Part shown: positions 58,049-64,000 of the stretch, one piece after another
Position numbering within the stretch: the first letter of the stretch is position 1
Layout of the letters: each line of letters begins with the position of its first letter
Origin: an uncultured Desulfobacterales bacterium
GTDB lineage: Bacteria > Desulfobacterota > Dissulfuribacteria > Dissulfuribacterales > QOAL01
NCBI GenBank assembly: GCA_964573805.1
Contig: CAZNKP010000016.1
Location: 80,406 to 144,405 of the forward strand
Direction: 5' to 3'
DNA length: 64,000 nucleotides
Notes under the pieces: model-generated
Told to the model about the DNA's origin: nothing
What the model saw: only the letters and a program-made list of their open reading frames with translations
Database searches by the model: none
Translations under genes and position numbers: made by a program

Positions 58049-59387
58049 GCCCCCCTTTGTCTATATAAATTTTACCGTTCATGGCCTCTGTTAGCCTTTT
58101 TACTATAGCAAGTCCAAGTCCCGTACCCTTCGTCTTGGTAGTAAAAAAGGGCTGAAAAAGTTTATCTTTTATGTGGCTGGGAAATCCTGGTCCTGAGTCC
58201 TCTACCGTTATTACAATTCCTTCTTCTGCTCCATTGACAGTTACCCTAACCTGTCCTTTTCCAACTTGTGACTGGATTGCCTCTACAGAGTTTTGAACAA
58301 GGTTGACGATTATCTGAACGATTTTCAGCCTGTCTGCAGTCACCTGTTTCCCCTTACAACGGATCTCTAGCTTCACCGTTTCACTATTGCCAGAAAAGAT
58401 CCTTTGAACCTCTCTGCAGAGTTCTTCTATATCAAATGTTTCAAGATAGATTTCGGTGGGCTTTGCATAAACCAGCAGGTTTGAAGTAAGTCGTTCAAGC
58501 CTTGCCACCTGTTCTACTATAATCTTCATGTCTTCCTTTATATCTGGATCTGGAGCATCCTCTAAATATATCTGGGCAAATCCCTTTATGGTGCTCAGGG
58601 GATTTCTGATTTCATGAGCGAGAACAGCTGCCATCTGACCTAGCACAGCCATTCTCTCCTTTTCAGCAAGACTCTTTTCAAGCATGTAATTCTTTCGCCA
58701 AGCCCTTATAAAAAATCCCGCAAGTAACCACAGGAGAAAGATAGACGAAAGTATCATGACAAGCTGGAACTTGGCCTTTCTTTCTATTGAAAAGGCTGGC
58801 CACGGATGAAGAGCCACTCGTAAACAAAATATCCTAAGGGCTGGTATAGGCTCGATAGTATTAACTGTTGGCCTTTTCCCAAGGGCTGCAGCAACTCCCT
58901 CACCATGGCTTCTTATCCTGTTGACTTCATCCAGATGCAATTTTAAAGGAAAGTCTAGAATAAATACCTCCTCACCTGTAGCAAGTTTTTCAAAGTGTGT
59001 AACTATCCGTTCTAAGCTAAACACTTTTTTAATCGAAGAATCCTTTATCTTTCGACCTATAAGCTTTTGATTGGAGTGAAGTATACAAGTCATATCCTTG
59101 TCAACAAGGGCGAGAAAGGCCAGATACTCCCATCGGTCAGATGCTACCAGATCAGGAAATAGTTCAGGGTTCAAGCCAAGCCTCTCAAGGGCAAAGCCCA
59201 AGTTTACAGCTATGTCTGTTGCCCTCGTCTCAAGTAGATGCCGCGATCCCTCAATAGAAATTTTATAACTGGATACTGCACTGATCGTGGCAATAATACT
59301 AAAGAGGGAAAGAAGGAAGACAATGGCAATCAGATGTTTATTTTGCCAAAATCTGCCTAATTTGAGCTTCTTGAATACCTTGAACAT
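57999..59387 (-). CDS. Sensor histidine kinase (TM, periplasmic domain, TM, HisKA, HATPase)
   Basis: H-box LAHEIRNPLSTIKGF, N-box NLVQNSVEA, G-boxes EDSGPGFP and GTGLGLAIV. Confidence 0.85.
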   Translation of the reverse strand: MFKVFKKLKLGRFWQNKHLIAIVFLLSLFSIIATISAVSSYKISIEGSRHLLETRATDIAVNLGFALERLGLNPELFPDLVASDRWEYLAFLALVDKDMTCILHSNQKLIGRKIKDSSIKKVFSLERIVTHFEKLATGEEVFILDFPLKLHLDEVNRIRSHGEGVAAALGKRPTVNTIEPIPALRIFCLRVALHPWPAFSIERKAKFQLVMILSSIFLLWLLAGFFIRAWRKNYMLEKSLAEKERMAVLGQMAAVLAHEIRNPLSTIKGFAQIYLEDAPDPDIKEDMKIIVEQVARLERLTSNLLVYAKPTEIYLETFDIEELCREVQRIFSGNSETVKLEIRCKGKQVTADRLKIVQIIVNLVQNSVEAIQSQVGKGQVRVTVNGAEEGIVITVEDSGPGFPSHIKDKLFQPFFTTKTKGTGLGLAIVKRLTEAMNGKIYIDKGGLGGAMVEVFIPCPEEG

Positions 59388-59476
59388 ATATCCTTATATA
59401 AGCAATATTACCGGTCTTGACCAGTAAGTTAGGTATTATTAGTAGTAGATTGCAAAAAAATACTGGGGGGAGAAAG

Positions 59477-61261
59477 ATGGCCTTGAAAAAAAAGATTCTT
59501 GTTGTGGGCTCTGGCGGGAGAGAACATGCATTATGTTGGAAATTTGCCCAGAGTCCTAAATTAGACACGGTTTATTGCGCGCCAGGCAATGCTGGAATAG
59601 CGCGCCATGCCACCTGTGTGGATATAAGCGCATCTGATATAGAAGGATTGCTGAAATTTGCTAAAGAAAATCAAGTTGATTTGACTATAGTTGGGCCTGA
59701 GGCACCCCTTGCCGAAGGAATAGTTGATCGATTCGAGGCCCAAGGGCTTTTGTGTTTTGGACCTGATAAAAGGGCTGCCCAAATAGAAGCAAGCAAGGTC
59801 TTTACCAAAGATTTACTGTCAAAATACAAGATCCCAACAGGGAAATACAGGGTCTTTACAGATGCTGAATCTGCTAAGAAGTTTGTCAAGGACGAAACTG
59901 GCTTGCCAGTTGTAATAAAGGCAGATGGTCTTGCAGCCGGAAAGGGTGTCATACTCTGTTTCAGCCTTGAAGAGGCCTATGACGCTATAGATAAAGTCCT
60001 GGTAGAAAAGGTGTTTGGGGAGGCTGGACATAAACTGATCATAGAGGAATTTTTGCAGGGAGAAGAGGCATCTTTCATGGTGATAACAGACGGAAAAGAT
60101 GTATTGCCTCTTGCCACTTCTCAGGATCACAAAGCGGTTTTTGATGGAGACAGGGGGCCGAATACAGGGGGTATGGGGGCCTATTCTCCAGCCCCAGTAG
60201 TCAATAACAAGCTGTTTAAAAAAATAATGAAGGATATCATGGTCCCAACAGTTGAGGCCATGGCATCAGAGGGCAGGCCCTATAGAGGGGTTTTATATGG
60301 TGGACTTATTATAAAGGATGCTAAACCAAAGGTCCTTGAGTTCAATTGCCGTTTTGGAGATCCAGAGGCCCAGCCTATATTAATGAGGCTTAAGACCGAT
60401 TTGCTTGATGTGGTTGAAGCGGCTGTAGAGGGACGTTTAAAGGATTTAGAACTCCAATGGGACGAAAGGGCTGCTGTGTGTGTTGTTCTTGCATCAGAAG
60501 GATATCCAGGAAAATACGAAAAAGGAAAGATAATAAAGGGGCTGGAAGAGGTGGAAAAGATGGAAGACGTAATGGTCTTTCATGCAGGCACGGCCCTTAA
60601 CGAACATGGAAATTTTGTTACAGCAGGTGGCAGGGTGCTTGGCGTAACCGCCCTTGGCGCCACCATAAAAGAGGCTATAGACAGGGCCTATGAGGCAGTT
60701 GGTAAGATAAGTTGGGAAGGTATGCATTATAGAAAAGATATAGGTCAAAAGGCTCTCAGACACCTGAGTGGTCCTCAGGTTTCGATAATCATGGGAAGCA
60801 AGAGCGACTTAAAAACCATGGAAAAGGCTGCAGATGTCCTTAAAGATTTTGGTGTAACTTACGAAGTAAAGGTCCTTTCTGCACACAGAAGCCCAGATCT
60901 TACAACCATGTTTGCAAGGTCTGCAAAGGATAGAGGGATCAGGGTAATAATTGCAGGCGCAGGAATGGCTGCCCATTTAGCAGGAGTGGTTGCATCACAT
61001 ACTACATTACCGGTTATAGGGGTACCAATAGACAGTAGTTCCCTAAAGGGCCTTGACGCGCTTCTTGCTACAGTCCAGATGCCTCCAGGAGTTCCGGTTG
61101 CCACTATGGGCATTGGAAAGGCAGGGGCCAAAAATGCCGCCCTTTTTGCCTTAGAAATTTTGGCCCTTGAAGACAGCGCCCTCAGGACCAAACTTAACGA
61201 GTTTAGACTAATACAGGAGGAAAAGATACGCCAGTTAAACGACAAGGGCATAGACGGCTAA
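59477..61261 (+). CDS. purD: Fused phosphoribosylamine-glycine ligase (PurD) and N5-CAIR mutase/AIR carboxylase (PurE)
   Basis: PurD part: [14 protein letters not shown]...[12 protein letters not shown]...[10 protein letters not shown]. It continues without a stop into the PurE part: [11 protein letters not shown]...SAHRSP...[15 protein letters not shown]...PVIGVP. ATG at 59477 with a G-rich RBS. Confidence 0.85.
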   Translation: MALKKKILVVGSGGREHALCWKFAQSPKLDTVYCAPGNAGIARHATCVDISASDIEGLLKFAKENQVDLTIVGPEAPLAEGIVDRFEAQGLLCFGPDKRAAQIEASKVFTKDLLSKYKIPTGKYRVFTDAESAKKFVKDETGLPVVIKADGLAAGKGVILCFSLEEAYDAIDKVLVEKVFGEAGHKLIIEEFLQGEEASFMVITDGKDVLPLATSQDHKAVFDGDRGPNTGGMGAYSPAPVVNNKLFKKIMKDIMVPTVEAMASEGRPYRGVLYGGLIIKDAKPKVLEFNCRFGDPEAQPILMRLKTDLLDVVEAAVEGRLKDLELQWDERAAVCVVLASEGYPGKYEKGKIIKGLEEVEKMEDVMVFHAGTALNEHGNFVTAGGRVLGVTALGATIKEAIDRAYEAVGKISWEGMHYRKDIGQKALRHLSGPQVSIIMGSKSDLKTMEKAADVLKDFGVTYEVKVLSAHRSPDLTTMFARSAKDRGIRVIIAGAGMAAHLAGVVASHTTLPVIGVPIDSSSLKGLDALLATVQMPPGVPVATMGIGKAGAKNAALFALEILALEDSALRTKLNEFRLIQEEKIRQLNDKGIDG

Positions 61262-61264
61262 GAC

Positions 61265-61879
61265 ATGAACCTCTCTATCCAGCAACTTGATGAAGAGATA
61301 GAGGAGGCGGCAACAGTCATAAAAAAGGGGGGAGTATGCGTCATCCCGACAGAAACTGCCTATGGCCTTGCCGCCTCTATCCACTTTGAAAATGCACTCA
61401 AAAGGATCTATTTGATCAAAAAGAGACCTTACAATAAACCCCTTCTACTTTTGATACGGAAACTGGAAGAGGCACCTTTAGATTTTTCTCTCATCCCTGC
61501 CTATGCATACGGGCTTATGAAAACATTTTGGCCAGGTCCTTTGACTCTCCTTCTCCCAGCCAAAAGAGGAATCCATTATTTTTTGGCAGGACATACAAAT
61601 AAAGTTGGCATACGAATGTCAAGCAATCCGGTCGCGATGGAGCTGGTTAAAAGGGTAGGGGGAGCAATAACTGCTACAAGCGCAAACCTGTCGGGTCTGG
61701 AATTAACAAAGACTATAGATCAAGTCAAAGAGCAGCTGAAAGAAGGGCCTGACTATTTCTTGGATGCCGGATCAATAGCACCTGGCCCGCCATCAACTAT
61801 TGTTGACTGCTCTGGACAAGCTCCGTTGATTGTTAGGGCAGGGGCAATTCCCCCGGAAGATATTCTGGCCGTGGATTGA
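61265..61879 (+). CDS. tsaC: L-threonylcarbamoyladenylate synthase (TsaC/YrdC)
   Basis: VIPTETAYGLAA...KKRPYNKPL...WPGPLTLLL...VGIRMSSNP...ATSANLSG...STIVD. Confidence 0.85.
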   Translation: MNLSIQQLDEEIEEAATVIKKGGVCVIPTETAYGLAASIHFENALKRIYLIKKRPYNKPLLLLIRKLEEAPLDFSLIPAYAYGLMKTFWPGPLTLLLPAKRGIHYFLAGHTNKVGIRMSSNPVAMELVKRVGGAITATSANLSGLELTKTIDQVKEQLKEGPDYFLDAGSIAPGPPSTIVDCSGQAPLIVRAGAIPPEDILAVD

Positions 61880-62576
61880 AAAGCGCCCTTGTTATATTCC
61901 CTTTTGTCTTTTTGTTGTGGGAATAAATCTCGGATAAGATCCGCCTTATTCTGCTCCTATTGCTTCTGAAAGCAGATGGGCACCTGTTCTCACATACAGG
62001 TAGCCCTAGTTCCTTGGCAAACCTTTCTATCTTTTCTTTTTCCACAAACGAAAGCGGTCTAATAATGGTTAAAAGTCCCTTAAACATCGTTTGTCGCGGA
62101 AGCATGGTGCTCATTTCTCCACTGTAAAATATATTTAAGAAAAAAGTTTCTATAATATCATCAAGGTTGTGCCCAAGGGCTATCTTATTACAATTGAGCA
62201 CCTGAGTCAGTTGAAAAAGCCTTTTTCTTCTCTTCCAAGAACACAAGAAACAAGGACTTTTCCCACGGTTGGAACTGCTGTGAGAGTAAATGGCATAGTC
62301 TGTCTCTTCTATATAGAAGGGCAAGGCCAAGGATTGGAAATGGTCTTGGAGCACTTTAAAGACTTTTTTGCCATTATAGCCCATTTCTATAAATACAGGC
62401 ACTATTTGAAATTTTATAGGGGCCTTCTTTTGCCATTGATCCAGGAAATACAGCATAACAAGGCTGTCCATACCTCCGGATACGGCTGCCATAATAGAGT
62501 CACCATCTTCAATGAGACCGTAACGGTGAATTGCCTTACCTATTTTGCGATTGATCTCTTTTTTTAGATAACCCAC
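61833..62576 (-). CDS. ttcA: TtcA-family PP-loop tRNA thiolation protein
   Basis: PP-loop AVSGGMDSLVM, CFLCSWKRRKRL, GHNLDD, and a late CPSAF cysteine. GTG start. The 3' end overlaps tsaC by 47 nt (convergent). Confidence 0.7.
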   Translation of the reverse strand: MGYLKKEINRKIGKAIHRYGLIEDGDSIMAAVSGGMDSLVMLYFLDQWQKKAPIKFQIVPVFIEMGYNGKKVFKVLQDHFQSLALPFYIEETDYAIYSHSSSNRGKSPCFLCSWKRRKRLFQLTQVLNCNKIALGHNLDDIIETFFLNIFYSGEMSTMLPRQTMFKGLLTIIRPLSFVEKEKIERFAKELGLPVCENRCPSAFRSNRSRIRRILSEIYSHNKKTKGNITRALFNPRPEYLPGELPLP

Positions 62577-62690
62577 TTTTCTTTGCGTGTATTCGTTGTT
62601 ATTAGTATTTGTCCCTGAGCTTTGTCTGGCTAGGGCAAGTGATGGTGTTGAGGTTTGTTGCTGATAGTTGCTTTTTGTGCATGTTTTGGT

Positions 62691-62707
62691 CCATCAAGAC
62701 TTGATGG
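62691..62707. promoter_or_regulatory. Perfect 17-bp palindrome in the ttcA-like/mltG divergent intergenic region
   Basis: CCATCAAG-A-CTTGATGG. Flanking bases extend it imperfectly to 62688-62710. Confidence 0.3.
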
Positions 62708-62806
62708 CCTAAATATTCACGTATAGCGGTTTTTAGATGTGAATGAGAAAACAAAATATATAGCTAATAAGATCAAAAGTAGCCAAAAAAATCTTTCGTT
62801 CTTCAT

Positions 62807-63841
62807 ATGCGAATCTTCTTAAACCTAAAATTTGTCTTCTTTCTTTATTTTCTGTTTCTTGCAGCCTATATTGGATACGGTCATGTGAAAGAGCTGCTAA
62901 AACCGCCTTCTAAACAGACCGTTTATATTATAGTTGACATACCAAAGGGCTACTCCTTTAAACAAGTAGCGCAACTTCTTGAGGAAAAGGGACTGATACG
63001 CTCAAAAGAAGTCTTTTCATTACTCGCCTGGTATAGAAAAGAGGCAGCCCTGATAAAGGCCGGAGAATATAAGCTAAGTCCATCTATGCCCCCTCAAAAA
63101 ATTCTGGAAATACTGGTATCCGGCCAAGTAGTACAACATCTTATAACCATACCAGAAGGATACAATATGTTCCAGATTGCAGATTTGCTTCAAAGGGCAA
63201 AATTGGCCCAAAAGAAAGAGTTTCTCTCTGTATGTACTGATAAAACATTTTTATCAAAACTTGGCATAAATTGGGAAGAAAGTGCAGAAGGATATCTATT
63301 CCCTGATTCGTATTTTTTACCTAAAAGCGTAAGCGCAAGAGACATAGCCAAAAATTTTATCAGTAGGTTTTGGGACATATGGAAGGGCAACGGCCTTGAT
63401 AAAAGGGCCAACGAACTTGGCTTAACTATTCATCAAGTAGTTACCTTGGCATCTATTGTAGAGTTAGAAGCAGCAGTACAAGAAGAAAAGCCAATCATAG
63501 CAAGTGTATTTTGGAATAGATTAAAAAGGGGAATGCCCCTTCAGGCAGATCCAACTGTAAAATATGGCATTATGATCGAAAGAAAGATCAAAAAGAAACG
63601 GCTTAGCTGGAAAGATCTCAGAAAGGCGACTCCTTACAATACCTACACCCAATATGGGCTTCCAAAGGGACCTATATGCAATCCAGGCCTTATATCGTTA
63701 AAGGCTGTCCTGTATCCCCAAAAGACAGACTACTTATATTTTGTTTCAAAGGGTAATAGAACCCATTATTTTTCAAAGACCCTTAAGGAACATAATAGGG
63801 CGGTCAAAAGATACATTTTGCACAGAAGGAATGGAAAATAA
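62807..63841 (+). CDS. mltG: Endolytic murein transglycosylase MltG (YceG-like)
   Basis: N-terminal TM, IPKGYSFKQVAQLLEEKGLI, EGYLFPDSY, LASIVELEA, VFWNRLKRGMPLQADPTV, YNTYTQYGLPKGPICNPG. Confidence 0.9.
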   Translation: MRIFLNLKFVFFLYFLFLAAYIGYGHVKELLKPPSKQTVYIIVDIPKGYSFKQVAQLLEEKGLIRSKEVFSLLAWYRKEAALIKAGEYKLSPSMPPQKILEILVSGQVVQHLITIPEGYNMFQIADLLQRAKLAQKKEFLSVCTDKTFLSKLGINWEESAEGYLFPDSYFLPKSVSARDIAKNFISRFWDIWKGNGLDKRANELGLTIHQVVTLASIVELEAAVQEEKPIIASVFWNRLKRGMPLQADPTVKYGIMIERKIKKKRLSWKDLRKATPYNTYTQYGLPKGPICNPGLISLKAVLYPQKTDYLYFVSKGNRTHYFSKTLKEHNRAVKRYILHRRNGK

Positions 63842-63879
63842 TCCAGGATAGTAAAATTCATTCTTTTCAAGACGTCCTG

Positions 63880-64000
63880 TTATACAAAATAGCTTATTAT
63901 TTCAAAAAGAACCGGTAAGCTAAGAAAGCTTAGAAGTATTCCGGCCCCGACAAGGGCTGCAGTCAGTCTTGGAGAAAGATCTGCCATTATGGCAAGGGCC
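63880..64000 (-). CDS. C-terminal fragment of a membrane protein entering from beyond the window end
   Basis: The minus-strand frame reads ...ALAIMADLSPRLTAALVGAGILLSFLSLPVLFEIISYFV, stop at 63882-63880. Only about 40 codons are visible. Confidence 0.3.
   Translation of the reverse strand, partial: ALAIMADLSPRLTAALVGAGILLSFLSLPVLFEIISYFV

Noticed and set aside
1-64000. A scan of the whole window for CRISPR repeats, IS or transposase genes, integrases, phage genes, toxin-antitoxin pairs, and rRNA or tRNA genes.
   Set aside because: I found no regularly spaced direct repeats, no DDE/tyrosine-recombinase-like ORFs, and no tRNA-like cloverleaf candidates. The window looks like core chromosome rather than an accessory island.

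Overview
The window is a gene-dense (about 60 CDS), mostly core-metabolic stretch of a bacterial chromosome. I saw no rRNA, tRNA, CRISPR array, transposase or integrase. The gene content suggests an anaerobic Desulfobacterota/Thermodesulfobacteriota-like organism, but that lineage call is low-confidence inference. It rests on futalosine menaquinone genes, COG1900 homocysteine synthesis, an AhbD-type radical SAM enzyme, HpnH and LarB/LarE.

Recognisable blocks, in order:
- tamA-tamB
- trkH-trkA
- a PAS/HAMP hybrid histidine kinase preceded by a Cys-motif membrane protein
- a long operon: DUF1178, FKBP, mqnE, mqnC, deaminase, mqnA, menG
- a membrane protein, a degenerate kinase and rnhA
- an EHD-like dynamin-family NTPase
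- yebC-ruvC-ruvA-ruvB and a LonC-like protease
- DUF4139, DUF362 and DUF202 genes
- glgA
- AhbD-like radical SAM, hemE, hemH, a phosphohexomutase and dciA
- an APH/P-loop kinase with bioF, a bioH-like gene and bioC
- larB, an unannotated 39-aa basic ORF, a CBS protein, COG1900 and a larE-like gene
- HU, a DAHP synthase and a GATase
- trxA-trxB-bamD, then a GT2, ispH, DUF116 and hpnH
- a histidine kinase with radA
- a purD-purE fusion, tsaC, a ttcA-like gene and mltG

I found no clear defence island or mobile system. The most unusual items are:
- the bacterial EHD-like ATPase
- the hemE/hemH/AhbD-like operon, which suggests a hybrid heme route
- the COG1900 module embedded between larB and larE
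- the duplicated H-x3-C-x2-C membrane protein that overlaps its kinase, next to a 0.8-kb non-coding gap
- the tiny Arg/Lys-rich ORF
- a terminator-like leader hairpin upstream of the DUF4139 gene

All family assignments come from motif recognition by eye. No searches were run.
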